A stretch of 64,000 nucleotides of DNA, taken from NCBI GenBank assembly GCA_964609095.1, contig CAZSQN010000001.1:278117-342116 (forward strand), read 5' to 3'. The translations under genes and the position numbers were made by a program. Origin of the DNA: an uncultured Gammaproteobacteria bacterium (GTDB lineage Bacteria; Patescibacteriota; Patescibacteriia; CAZSQN01). Of the stretch, positions 1-11,085 are shown in pieces. Under the pieces are notes generated by a model that worked only from the letters and a program-made list of their open reading frames with translations, ran no database searches and had not been told where the DNA came from. How positions within the stretch are numbered: position 1 is the first letter of the stretch; the number at the start of each line of letters is the position of its first letter.

Positions 1-488
1 CCGTAGGGGTTTTCGCAAACAGAGGAAAGAGGGGAAAAGGAAATCTGCGCGATAGGCATCATATAATAAAGTTTAACAGGCAGACGGCCGATGTTGTGAA
101 GCTCCAAAGTCATATTCAGGCGATTTCCCGGGTCCAGGTATCCGGCTGTGGCGTGGATGATTATTCCCAGCCGCCCCAGCGAACTTTTTCCCTCCAGCCG
201 TCCGACAACATCATTGCTAACGCCGATTTCCTCAAAAGTAACGCCCAAGGCGAATTCTCCCGGGTGCAGAATAAAAGGATGGGTTTCGTCTATATCCACC
301 CGGCGCATAAGGGAGTCAATGGGCTCTTTCACGTCTATGCAGGCATGATTGGTGTGGTCAAAGACCAAAAAACCTTTTCCCAAGTGCAGGTCTATGGATG
401 CCGGCTGGATTGAGTTAGGCAGGAGCGGATTAACGGAAATACGCCCGGAAGCCAGATATTTTTTTATGTCGGCGTCGGAGAAAATCAT
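1..488 (-). CDS. dcd: dCTP deaminase (3' end runs off window)
   Basis: Manual translation from ATG at 488: MIFSDADIKKYL...IQPASIDLHLG...FILHPGEFALG...GRLEGKSSLGRLGIIIHATAGYLDPG...PIAQISF. Not in the ORF track because it is truncated. Confidence 0.93.
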   Translation of the reverse strand, partial: MIFSDADIKKYLASGRISVNPLLPNSIQPASIDLHLGKGFLVFDHTNHACIDVKEPIDSLMRRVDIDETHPFILHPGEFALGVTFEEIGVSNDVVGRLEGKSSLGRLGIIIHATAGYLDPGNRLNMTLELHNIGRLPVKLYYMMPIAQISFSPLSSVCENPY

Positions 489-538
489 ACTTTTTAGCGT
501 ATAGGGTTTAGGGTTTAGTTTTTCTCATTAACTTTAAC

Positions 539-574
539 AAAAAACATCCCGATGCGCAATCGGGATGTTTTTTT
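539..574. terminator. Intrinsic terminator-like hairpin after rplA
   Basis: AAAAAACATCCCGAT-GCGCA-ATCGGGATGTTTTTT. Confidence 0.7.
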
Positions 575-581
575 GTTTATG

Positions 582-1265
582 TTAGTTTGTTTGGATTCGT
601 ACCGCCGGGCTCATGGATGATGCAAGCGCGGCATTTTTGATGTAGACGCCTTTGGCCGTCGGAGGTTTTGCCCGTTTAATCGCGTCTAAAACCGTATTCA
701 GGTTTTGAAGCAGGTTCTCTGAAGGATTGGAAAGCTTGCCAATGGCGACATGGATATTTGCTCCGTCGTCGTTTTTTAAAGTAATCTTGCCCTTTTTAAG
801 CTCCTCCACCATTTTTTTGACATTCGCGCCAACGGTATCTGTTTTGGGGTTTGGCATCAAACCCTTGGGGCCGAGGATTTTGGCCACTTTAGCCAGTTTG
901 GGCATCATATCAGGCGTGGCCACCGCGACGTCAAAATTTATTTTTTCCGTTTTGGCGATTTCCGCAATAAGTTCTTCGCCGCCCGCTATCTCCGCGCCGG
1001 CTTCCTTGGCGTCTTTTTCCTTGTCCGCTCCGACAAAAGCGGCAATTCGTTTTGATTTTCCAGCGGCATGAGGCATGGTTATTGTCACGCGCACAAGCTG
1101 TTCGCCTTTGGTCGGGTCAATGCCCAACTTCAGATGCAAATCCACGCTTGGGTCAAATTTTACCGTCTTTGTTTTTTTAACTAAATCAATCGCTTCTTCA
1201 AGCGAATATAATTTTTTTGGATCCACAAGTTTTTTCATTTCAAGATATTTTTTTCCGTGCGCCAT
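582..1265 (-). CDS. rplA: 50S ribosomal protein L1
   Basis: KFDPSVDLHLKLGIDP, ILGPKGLMPNPKT motifs; follows rplK. Confidence 0.98.
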   Translation of the reverse strand: MAHGKKYLEMKKLVDPKKLYSLEEAIDLVKKTKTVKFDPSVDLHLKLGIDPTKGEQLVRVTITMPHAAGKSKRIAAFVGADKEKDAKEAGAEIAGGEELIAEIAKTEKINFDVAVATPDMMPKLAKVAKILGPKGLMPNPKTDTVGANVKKMVEELKKGKITLKNDDGANIHVAIGKLSNPSENLLQNLNTVLDAIKRAKPPTAKGVYIKNAALASSMSPAVRIQTN

Positions 1266-1390
1266 ACAATTTAAACTAAAAATTAAAATCTAAAAATTAA
1301 GAATTTTGGAGTTCGCTTTCGCTCACGATTATATAAAATAAATCGCGAAGCGATACTTTAATTTTACATTTTTCATTTTTAATTTTGAAC

Positions 1391-1819
1391 TTAACCCTCA
1401 ACTACTTCCAGCCCCATCTGCCGCGCGGTGCCTTCAATGGTCCGCATAGCCGCGGAAACATCGGTCGTGTTTAGGTCGGGCATCTTTTTGAGGGCGATTT
1501 CACGCACTAAACTGCGTTTTATTTTGCCGACTTTTTCCTGCAGGGGCTTGCCCGAGCCCTTTTCCAGCTTGGCGGCTTTTTTGAGCAATTCCGAAGCCGG
1601 TGGGGTCTTCATGACAAAAGTAAACGTGCGGTCTTCGTAAACAGTGATGACCACCGGAATAATATCGCCTCCGAGTTCTTTGGTCGCGGCGTTGAATTTG
1701 TTGACGAAATCAGAAATGTTCAAACCGTGCTGTCCCAAAGCCGGGCCAACCGGCGGCGCCGGAGTGGCCTTGCCGGCCGGAATTTGGAGTTTAATCTGCG
1801 TTTTGATTTTCTTAGCCAT
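1391..1819 (-). CDS. rplK: 50S ribosomal protein L11
   Basis: [32 protein letters not shown]; start trimmed to ATG at 1819. Confidence 0.98.
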   Translation of the reverse strand: MAKKIKTQIKLQIPAGKATPAPPVGPALGQHGLNISDFVNKFNAATKELGGDIIPVVITVYEDRTFTFVMKTPPASELLKKAAKLEKGSGKPLQEKVGKIKRSLVREIALKKMPDLNTTDVSAAMRTIEGTARQMGLEVVEG

Positions 1820-1907
1820 ACATTTGAGCTGTAAAGCCGTAATCGCTTGCGCTAGCTTTAAAGCTTTAAGGCTTTTTACGGCTAACGAAGTGATTGTGGC
1901 CGAAAGT

Positions 1908-2453
1908 TTATAATTTTTTAATCTGCAGGAAATCAAGTTCAACGGGGGTTTCTCTGCCGAACATGGATACCAGCACTTTAACCTTCCCGCGCTCTTCGTC
2001 AATTTCCGAAACTTTGCCCTCAAAATCCTTAAACGGCCCGTCAACAATTTTTACAGGATCATTGGCGCTTATGTCAATCTTATATTGCGGCTCGGCCACG
2101 CCCATTCTTTTTTGCAGATTCTTAACTTCCTCGTCGGAAAGCGGAGTAGGGATGGTGCCGGTGCCGATAAAACCGGTGACATTCGGGGTGTTTCGCACCA
2201 CATACCAGGAGTCGTCGGTGACGATCATCTCCACCAAGACATAACCCGGAAAGATTTTTTCTTCAATCGTGCGGCGTTTGCCGTTTTTAATCTTAATCTT
2301 CCTTTCCGTCGGAATCATGATATTAAAAATCTTATCCTCCATGCCCATGGATTCAATGCGCGTTTTAAGGTTGCTGGCCACGTTTTCTTCGTAGCCGGAA
2401 TAAGTATGGATGGTGTACCAGCGACGGCCCCGTTTGTCTATTTGTTTAGGCAT
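1908..2453 (-). CDS. nusG: Transcription termination/antitermination factor NusG
   Basis: [33 protein letters not shown] domain, FGRETPVEL. Confidence 0.98.
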   Translation of the reverse strand: MPKQIDKRGRRWYTIHTYSGYEENVASNLKTRIESMGMEDKIFNIMIPTERKIKIKNGKRRTIEEKIFPGYVLVEMIVTDDSWYVVRNTPNVTGFIGTGTIPTPLSDEEVKNLQKRMGVAEPQYKIDISANDPVKIVDGPFKDFEGKVSEIDEERGKVKVLVSMFGRETPVELDFLQIKKL

Positions 2454-2523
2454 ACTTTTTGATAGGGTAAAGGGTTTAGCGTTTAGGGTTTAGGAATTAA
2501 CCAGATTTTATTTAATTAAACGC

Positions 2524-2712
2524 TCAACGCGTTATGAGTTTTTCCACGCCCAGCGCGAGTAGGTAATCCAAAACGCCAAAAAATATCGCCACTCCCAAAC
2601 TGATGCCGATAACAAGCAGGGTATGATTGGCTGCTTCGCGCCGCGTGGGCCAAGTGACTTTTTTAAGCTCCGTTTTTGATTCTTTAAAGTAATTAACCAA
2701 TTTATTAAACAT
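2524..2712 (-). CDS. secE: Preprotein translocase SecE
   Basis: ELKKVTWPTRRE plus one TM helix; upstream of nusG. Confidence 0.95.
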   Translation of the reverse strand: MFNKLVNYFKESKTELKKVTWPTRREAANHTLLVIGISLGVAIFFGVLDYLLALGVEKLITR

Positions 2713-2915
2713 ATAACTTGAAGCATGAAGCATGTTGTTTGAAGCCGTAAAAATGTTTCAGGCCTCGTGTTTCACGTTTCATGAGGTCTTGGTTTTTAAA
2801 AGACCCCGGGCGGGGTCAAATATTCATTTATATTAAAACTATACACCCATGTTGACCGCCTGTCAAGGGCATTGTAAGATAGCCGCAGTTCCTATAAAAA
2901 ATAAAGGAGATACAG

Positions 2916-3407
2916 ATGAAGTATGTGTTGGGTATGGCGGCCGTTATTTTATTTTCTTTTTCTCTGTCGCTGGCTGATGAACCGCCGGTAAGCAGATATG
3001 CCGGGGTGTGCGCCAGACGCTGCCGGAGCAGAACGAATTCCATAATTGACGCCACGGTTGTCCATACGGTTTTAAGGAAACGTACGCGCGAAAAAGTATA
3101 CCTTTTAAGCACGGGTAATTCTGAAGTAAACGCGCCGGCAGTTGTCTGCGGGTGCGAATCGCGCTTAGTGCGGCATCGCACTCGCGCCGACCGCGAGAAT
3201 ACTGCCCTTCTTGCGCGCGAATGCAACGATCTTTGCCGCGCCGGTACGCGCCTTTACCCCGACGTTTTAATTGTCAGTCCTGACGGCAGCGAGCACAGAG
3301 AAAGTGTCGGAATTCTGCAGTACGAATCGCCGATCGCCTGTTTGTGTACCGGCATTCCGGTGGATGTCCTACCGCCGGTTCCGCCCAGGCGGCATCCGGA
3401 GAGATAA
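2916..3407 (+). CDS. Secreted Cys-rich hypothetical protein with two internal CxxxC...CxC units
   Basis: SD AAGGAG, signal peptide, repeated CARRC...CGC and CNDLC...CLC. Confidence 0.7.
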   Translation: MKYVLGMAAVILFSFSLSLADEPPVSRYAGVCARRCRSRTNSIIDATVVHTVLRKRTREKVYLLSTGNSEVNAPAVVCGCESRLVRHRTRADRENTALLARECNDLCRAGTRLYPDVLIVSPDGSEHRESVGILQYESPIACLCTGIPVDVLPPVPPRRHPER

Positions 3408-3408
3408 G

Positions 3409-3624
3409 ATGCGTTTTCTCGCCGCCATTGGGTTTGTTTTGATTTTTTGCGGTTGCGGAGCCGCGGTTACGCGTCAAGAGTACCGTTCCTGGAGAAGCGT
3501 TTGCGCCGCCGAGTGCCGCGACAGCCCGCGCGATGTGTGCATTTTGGAGCAGGACGGAAGCGAGTCCCATACCAGAATCGCCATCATTACTATTTCTCCT
3601 CCTTATGTTTGCAGATGCGAATGA
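3409..3624 (+). CDS. Small Cys-rich (lipo)protein, paralog of the upstream repeat unit
   Basis: MRFLAAIGFVLIFCGC...CAAEC...DGSE...CRCE; GGAG upstream; terminator follows. Confidence 0.65.
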   Translation: MRFLAAIGFVLIFCGCGAAVTRQEYRSWRSVCAAECRDSPRDVCILEQDGSESHTRIAIITISPPYVCRCE

Positions 3625-3730
3625 AATTGACCCCGACGAAGTAGTCGGGGTTTTTCTTTCCACAGTATTAATTTGCCAGCAAGCACATATTGTATTAAAA
3701 TTTTAACGCCATAAGCAAACGGAGAAAAAC

Positions 3731-4525
3731 ATGAAACAATATTTGGACACCTTGCGGCTCATTTTGGAGCAGGGAAACAAGCGCGGCGACCGCACCGGCG
3801 TCGGCACTATTAGTTATTTTGGTCCACAGATGCGGTTTGACCTTTCGGAAGGATTCCCAATTATTACGACCAAGAAAGTCGCGATGCGCCTTGTGATTGA
3901 GGAGCTCCTCTGGATGCTCCGCGGTGAAACCAATGTGAAACCGCTTCAAGAAAAAAATGTCCATATTTGGGATGAGTGGGCAGACGAAAATGGGGAGCTT
4001 GGTCCTGTTTACGGAGCCCAGTGGCGAAGTTGGCCATGCATTGATGGACGCAAGATTGATCAAATCTCCGATGTTGTCAGCCGCATCAAAAGCAAACCCA
4101 CTGACAGACGGCTGATTGTTTGCGCTTGGAATGTGGAGCACATTCCGCAAATGAAGCTTCCGCCTTGCCATGCGTTCTTCCAGTTTTACGTTGCCGATGG
4201 CAAGCTCTCCTTAAAGCTCTACCAGCGGAGCGCGGATATGTTCCTTGGTGTGCCCTTTAACATTTCTTCTTACGCGCTTCTTACCATGATGGTGGCGCAG
4301 GTTACGGGACTCGCGCCTGGCGAATTCGTGCACACTTTCGGCGATGCGCATGTTTACCTGAATCATTTGGAGCAGGTTAATCTTCAGCTCTCGCGCGAGC
4401 CGCGGTCTTTGCCGCAGATGAAAATCAATCCGGAGGTAAAAGATATTTTCGGATTTAAGACCGAGGACTTTGAGCTTACGGGCTACGACCCGTATCCCGC
4501 AATCAAAGCGGAGGTGGCGGTATGA
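3731..4525 (+). CDS. thyA: Thymidylate synthase
   Basis: [33 protein letters not shown]. Confidence 0.99.
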   Translation: MKQYLDTLRLILEQGNKRGDRTGVGTISYFGPQMRFDLSEGFPIITTKKVAMRLVIEELLWMLRGETNVKPLQEKNVHIWDEWADENGELGPVYGAQWRSWPCIDGRKIDQISDVVSRIKSKPTDRRLIVCAWNVEHIPQMKLPPCHAFFQFYVADGKLSLKLYQRSADMFLGVPFNISSYALLTMMVAQVTGLAPGEFVHTFGDAHVYLNHLEQVNLQLSREPRSLPQMKINPEVKDIFGFKTEDFELTGYDPYPAIKAEVAV

Positions 4526-5007
4526 TTTACATTATCGCGGCAATGGGCAGAAACCGCGTGATTGGCAAGGACGGCAAATTGCCTTGGCGCCTGCCGGCTG
4601 ACCTCAAGCATTTTAAGGAAATGACGACCAACAATACGGTGGTCATGGGACGGAGGACTTATGAGTCCATTGGCAGACGATTGCCCGATAGGAGAAATAT
4701 TGTCATCAGCACGCGAAAAGATTTAATCGCGCCGGGCTGTTTGGTTGTACCGAGTTTTGAAGCCGCGCTTGCTAACATCTTTCCGGCAGAGATTGCTTTT
4801 TGCATCGGAGGCAGCCGCGTTTACCAAGACGCTCTGCCTTTGGCCGAGAAGATGTACCTTACGGAAATTGACGCGGAATTTGACGGCGATGTTTTTTTCC
4901 CGGAGTTTAATTACGATGAGTGGAAGGAAGTAAGCCGGGAGCCACACGAGCCGGACGAGAAAAATCCTCACGCGTATGATTTTGTTGTTTACGAAAGGAG
5001 AGAGTGA
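4522..5007 (+). CDS. folA: Dihydrofolate reductase
   Basis: [31 protein letters not shown]; overlaps thyA stop. Confidence 0.98.
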   Translation: MIYIIAAMGRNRVIGKDGKLPWRLPADLKHFKEMTTNNTVVMGRRTYESIGRRLPDRRNIVISTRKDLIAPGCLVVPSFEAALANIFPAEIAFCIGGSRVYQDALPLAEKMYLTEIDAEFDGDVFFPEFNYDEWKEVSREPHEPDEKNPHAYDFVVYERRE

Positions 5008-5174
5008 TGTCAATTTGCGATAGGACTTTCGGCATCAGCGTTGTTTGCAAGCATTGCGGCGGAAGAATGATTGTTCATAAATGCTTTAGGCACAATCCGA
5101 AAATTCCCGCAAAATGCCCTCATTGCGGCAAGAGGAATTGGGTCAAGCTCAAGAAAAAGCAAAACCGAGCTTAA
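5007..5174 (+). CDS. 55-aa zinc-ribbon protein (not in ORF track)
   Basis: TGATG coupling to folA, SD GAAAGGAG; [55 protein letters not shown]. Confidence 0.75.
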   Translation: MSICDRTFGISVVCKHCGGRMIVHKCFRHNPKIPAKCPHCGKRNWVKLKKKQNRA

Positions 5175-5348
5175 TCGCTCGGCCTGCCCCGCATAGAGCC
5201 ATGCTCTTGTGCGGGGCTCTTTTTATGAAGTGTTGTTATATATCCCGCTAACATTGCATACCATGGATAATGGGATAGGGCCGCTTGACATTGAGTAGAG
5301 ATTATGTTAATCTTTTTCTGCCCTTTTAAAACCGAAAGGAAGTGTGCG

Positions 5349-5687
5349 ATGCTCAAGTCCACTAAGGCTTTGGTAAAGGCACTGGTGCGGTGGTTGCTTA
5401 TTGTGATTTGCGGCACTGTTTTGGTGGTTGTCGGCGGCGGTTACCTTTTTACTCCGCGCATTGACGCACATCTGCCGTTGCGTACGGCAGAAACCTTTGG
5501 CTATACCGACCCGGGATTTGTTGCGGGAGGAAGTTTCGGGTCTGCGTATTCCGGCTGTGGCGCTGGTGAGGCCGCCTTTGACATGAGGGCAACTAATCCG
5601 GCAGGCAGGCGTGTTACTGTTCTTGCTTGTTGCCGTTCCGGCGGATGGCTGGTCGGACAGGCATCTTGCGAAATCAGAGGTAAGTAA
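5349..5687 (+). CDS. Membrane-anchored hypothetical protein
   Basis: TTGACA promoter at 5285, SD AAAGGA, N-terminal TM segment, terminator at 5693. Confidence 0.7.
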   Translation: MLKSTKALVKALVRWLLIVICGTVLVVVGGGYLFTPRIDAHLPLRTAETFGYTDPGFVAGGSFGSAYSGCGAGEAAFDMRATNPAGRRVTVLACCRSGGWLVGQASCEIRGK

Positions 5688-5692
5688 TTTTT

Positions 5693-5726
5693 AAAACCGA
5701 GTCTCTAAAGGCTCGGTTCTTTTTTT
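5693..5726 (+). terminator. Intrinsic terminator (near-identical copy at 6544-6573)
   Basis: AAAACCGAGTCT-CTAA-AGGCTCGGTTCTTTT. Confidence 0.75.
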
Positions 5727-5729
5727 ACT

Positions 5730-5797
5730 TGGAGGTGAGGGGATTTGCACCCCCAGGATCATGAATGGTAAGTCAGATCCCGCACTACACCACCCCC
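5730..5797 (-). ncRNA. 68-nt tRNA/tmRNA-TLD-like RNA with G3-U70 and no D-stem
   Basis: GGGGGUG/CACCUCC-A acceptor stem; T-arm GGGGG-UGCAAAU-CCCCU; central stem GGGAUC/GAUCCU; upstream TTGCAT-16-TACACT promoter on the minus strand. Confidence 0.7.
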
Positions 5798-5873
5798 AAG
5801 CTTGGATAGTGTAGCATAATTTTGCCCACATGCAATAAATTGACAAAAATCAGTTGTTGTGTTATCTTCATAA

Positions 5874-5944
5874 TAGATGGTAAGTCAGATCCGTACTACA
5901 TAGGATCCGCGCAAAACCGTTCTGAAAGGGGCGGTTTTGCTTTT
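5874..5944 (+). ncRNA. Putative ~70-nt small RNA antisense to the tRNA-like RNA
   Basis: TTGACA(5840)-17-TATCTT(5863) promoter; 5877-5900 repeats 5765-5789; terminator GCAAAACCGTTCT-GAAA-GGGGCGGTTTTGC-TTTT; no ORF. Confidence 0.6.
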
Positions 5945-6013
5945 GGTCTATGACAGATTGTAAAAATTTTGTTAATCTCTTTTTGCTCTTTAAAAACCGA
6001 AAGGAGAAAGCCG

Positions 6014-6250
6014 ATGATTGAGCAGATCGGAATTTTCAGCGCAAACGCGACTGAGACCGCTTGGGGAGGGTTTCAAGATATTGTCAACGATTTTTTGGCG
6101 AAGAAAAATAACGACGGCGAATATAAGCAAATCTCGCGCGTCTTCCAAAACGTTGATGACGACGGTTATGTCATCCTCACTATCTTTTACCAATGGGTGA
6201 AAGGGCCGCCGAATCTGGGCCCGTTCCGCACCGCGCCGGGAGGGGAGTAG
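6014..6250 (+). CDS. Hypothetical protein (78 aa)
   Basis: SD AAGGAG before ATG 6014; boxA-like leader. Confidence 0.65.
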   Translation: MIEQIGIFSANATETAWGGFQDIVNDFLAKKNNDGEYKQISRVFQNVDDDGYVILTIFYQWVKGPPNLGPFRTAPGGE

Positions 6251-6252
6251 AA

Positions 6253-6534
6253 ATGCTCAAAAAGTCGTTTCTGCTTTTTTTGCGGCTTGTTGCCGCGGCG
6301 ATTGTCCTTACCCCGGCAGTTTTTCTGCTCTTTTGCATGGGTCTTGTGGTATATGACCTTTTTGCATATGGCTGGCAGCTGCCGCCTTTCCAGTACGGCA
6401 GAACAGAAGTTGTCTGTTATGGCGCAGGCGCAATACTTTGGATAGGAGCCGGCACCATCTTGCTTGTAATGAGCCCTCTCATCCTCGGAAAACTTTTTCC
6501 TTCTCTTGAAGGCAAAAAAGAAGGGGACAAGTAA
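6253..6534 (+). CDS. Two-TM hypothetical membrane protein
   Basis: SD GGGGAG, two hydrophobic segments, terminator follows. Confidence 0.65.
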   Translation: MLKKSFLLFLRLVAAAIVLTPAVFLLFCMGLVVYDLFAYGWQLPPFQYGRTEVVCYGAGAILWIGAGTILLVMSPLILGKLFPSLEGKKEGDK

Positions 6535-6596
6535 AGTGTTCAAAAAACCGAGTCTTTAAAGGCTCGGTTCTTTATATATTTAAATTTTTTAAATAT

Positions 6597-8792
<2,196 letters not shown>

Positions 8793-8879
8793 ATTAGATA
8801 AACATATTTTATCAAAGAATATTTATTTATACAACCGCTTGATGCCGCCAAGACAGGATTTTGTTATAATATACGGGGT

Positions 8880-9725
8880 ATGGTTAATTTGAACATTATT
8901 AACAATCAGGCGCCGCGGGGAGGATTTGTTGAATGGATTGTTTTGAACAAGCTTTTATTAAAGCGGATAGCCAAATATTGCCTTATAGTTTTTTCAATTG
9001 TTTTTTGGAGTTATGGAATTTACGGGCTTGTTGATTGGATTCTTTTGTCCGGGCCGAAAGAAAGAATGGCCATCGCGCGGCTTCATGTGGACCTTGTCAA
9101 CTACGGGGCGCGCGAAGCGGTGCGGCCGCTGGAGGTGCGGCGCGCGAGCGTGATTTCAAACGCGCGCGGCGACGCGCTGGCGCTGATTAAAAATCCCAAC
9201 AGCCGCTGGTACGCGACCTTTGATTACAGATTTTTGATTGAAGGCGAGAGAACGGTGGCCCGCAGGGGATTTATCCTGCCCGGCGAGGAAAAATATATTT
9301 TTGATTTGGGGCTGAATTTGACGGGCAGGCCGTCGCGGGCGGCTTTGGAAATTAAAAATATAATCTGGCGCCGCATAACCCGGAGGGAAATTCCCGATTA
9401 TGACGCTTTTTTAAGCTCGCGCCTTTCTTTTGAAACAGACAAAATTTCTTACGCGCCCGCTCTGCAGGTGGCCGGAAGGACGGTAAGTCGGGCCAGTTTT
9501 GAAGTTAGTAACAATTCCGCTTTTGGCTATTTTGAGGTCCCTTTTCAGATTTTTTTGTATCGCGGCAATGTGCTTGCCGGCGTCAATCAAGCGGTCTTAA
9601 ATAATTTTGCTTCGGGCGAGACAAGGCAGGTTGACGCGACCTGGTTTGAAACCATCTCCGGAATTACAAAAGTTGAGGTCAGGCCGGATTTGAATATAAT
9701 GGACGATTCGGTTTATAAAAAATAA
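8880..9725 (+). CDS. Membrane-anchored hypothetical protein (Ig-like, FxLYD-like domains)
   Basis: N-terminal TM segment, beta-rich repeats (FQIFLYRG). Confidence 0.7.
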   Translation: MVNLNIINNQAPRGGFVEWIVLNKLLLKRIAKYCLIVFSIVFWSYGIYGLVDWILLSGPKERMAIARLHVDLVNYGAREAVRPLEVRRASVISNARGDALALIKNPNSRWYATFDYRFLIEGERTVARRGFILPGEEKYIFDLGLNLTGRPSRAALEIKNIIWRRITRREIPDYDAFLSSRLSFETDKISYAPALQVAGRTVSRASFEVSNNSAFGYFEVPFQIFLYRGNVLAGVNQAVLNNFASGETRQVDATWFETISGITKVEVRPDLNIMDDSVYKK

Positions 9726-9736
9726 TCTCTGTTTTT

Positions 9737-11026
9737 GTGGCGGCGGAAAAACACATTATCAAAAATTTTAAATCGCTGGCAAAAAGCGCTTTGCGCCGCG
9801 ACGCTCTGTCCATACTTGAGGCCGGAATTAGGGCGGCCAACCCGAGAAATGGAATTGCCCGCTTGGTAAAGAAGCGCGGCGATTTTATCTTTTTTGGAAA
9901 TAAAAAAATAAATCGGAAAAATTACGACCATATTTACGTGATAGGCATTGGCAAGGCCTCGGCAGCGGCCGCTTCTGAACTTGAACGATTGCTTGGCGAA
10001 GATATCGCCGGAGGCGTTGTCTTGGACGTTAAAAAGGTAAAATTGCGGCGCGTCAAAAGTATAGCCGGCACGCATCCTCTGCCGTCGCTTGTAAATATGA
10101 GAGCGACCGGCGAGATTATGGCTTTGCTTAAAAATATAGATTCGCGCGATTTGGTTATAGCCATAATTTCCGGAGGCGGCTCCGCGCTCCTATGCTGGCC
10201 TTATGACATAAAATGCAATGAGCTCTCGGCCATAAGCAAAGTATTAATGAAGAAAGGCGCGACAATCCGCGAGATAAACACCGTCAGGAAGCACCTTTCG
10301 GAAATTCAGGGAGGACAGTTTGCGCGCCTTGCGTATCCGGCAACGGTTGTAGGCCTTATTTTTTCTGACATTCCCGGAAACGATCTGGGCCTTGTCGCTT
10401 CCGGACCCACGGTAAGAGACGCCACGACCGTCACGGATGCCGCACATGTGTTGGCAAAGTATAATGTTCTAAAATCTTGTTCCATAAAAGGATGCGACCT
10501 TAAAGAAACGCCCAAGGACCCTCTTTATTTCAAGAAGGTGACAAATATGCTCGCGGGCAGCAATCTGGATTCGGTCAAAGCCATGGCGGAAGAAGCAAAG
10601 AAGCGCGGCTGGCGGGTGCGCGTTCTTTCCGTAAAAATGTTCGGCGAAGCCGCTAAGGCGGGCAAGATGCTTGCCGACGCGCCAAAGGAAGGCGAGGCCG
10701 TTATAGCGGCCGGGGAAACGACCGTGACGGTTAAAGGAAAAGGCAAAGGCGGGCGCAATCAGGAGCTGGCGCTTTCTTCGCTTCTTCATTTGAGAAAAGG
10801 CGGTTTGGTTATCTCTCTTGCTTCTGACGGCATAGACAATAGCGAAGCGGCCGGCGGAATTGCCGACGAATTGACGCTTAAATCGGCGGCCAAAGCGGGA
10901 ATCAATCCGAAAAGATATTTAACTGACAACGATTCAAATTCTTTTTTTAAGAAATTGCGCCAGGCGATTATAACGGGCCCCACGGGCGCCAATGTTTCCG
11001 ACATTATCGTGTCTTTGCGAAGATGA
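9737..11026 (+). CDS. Glycerate 2-kinase (MOFRL family)
   Basis: IGIGKAS, ISGGGSAL, VRKHLSEIQGG, ASGPT, GETTV, GGRNQE, TGPTGANVSD. Confidence 0.9.
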   Translation: MAAEKHIIKNFKSLAKSALRRDALSILEAGIRAANPRNGIARLVKKRGDFIFFGNKKINRKNYDHIYVIGIGKASAAAASELERLLGEDIAGGVVLDVKKVKLRRVKSIAGTHPLPSLVNMRATGEIMALLKNIDSRDLVIAIISGGGSALLCWPYDIKCNELSAISKVLMKKGATIREINTVRKHLSEIQGGQFARLAYPATVVGLIFSDIPGNDLGLVASGPTVRDATTVTDAAHVLAKYNVLKSCSIKGCDLKETPKDPLYFKKVTNMLAGSNLDSVKAMAEEAKKRGWRVRVLSVKMFGEAAKAGKMLADAPKEGEAVIAAGETTVTVKGKGKGGRNQELALSSLLHLRKGGLVISLASDGIDNSEAAGGIADELTLKSAAKAGINPKRYLTDNDSNSFFKKLRQAIITGPTGANVSDIIVSLRR

Positions 11027-11085
11027 GTTTGCGCCGGCATTGCGTAATGGACGTTTGGTTTTGAAAGCGGTAAGATTCCGCTCGT

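Noticed and set aside
96-413. Plus-strand 105-aa ORF
   Set aside because: Antisense shadow of dcd on the minus strand.
493-518. TTTAGGG telomere-like repeats
   Set aside because: Short degenerate internal arrays of the heptamer family, not telomeres.
1820-2047. N-terminal extension of RplK in the ORF track
   Set aside because: Overlaps nusG; the conserved L11 sequence starts at 1819.
5765-5775. GGTAAGT / ACTTACC resemblance to a 5' splice site and U1 snRNA
   Set aside because: Short match in a bacterial genome; treated as coincidence.
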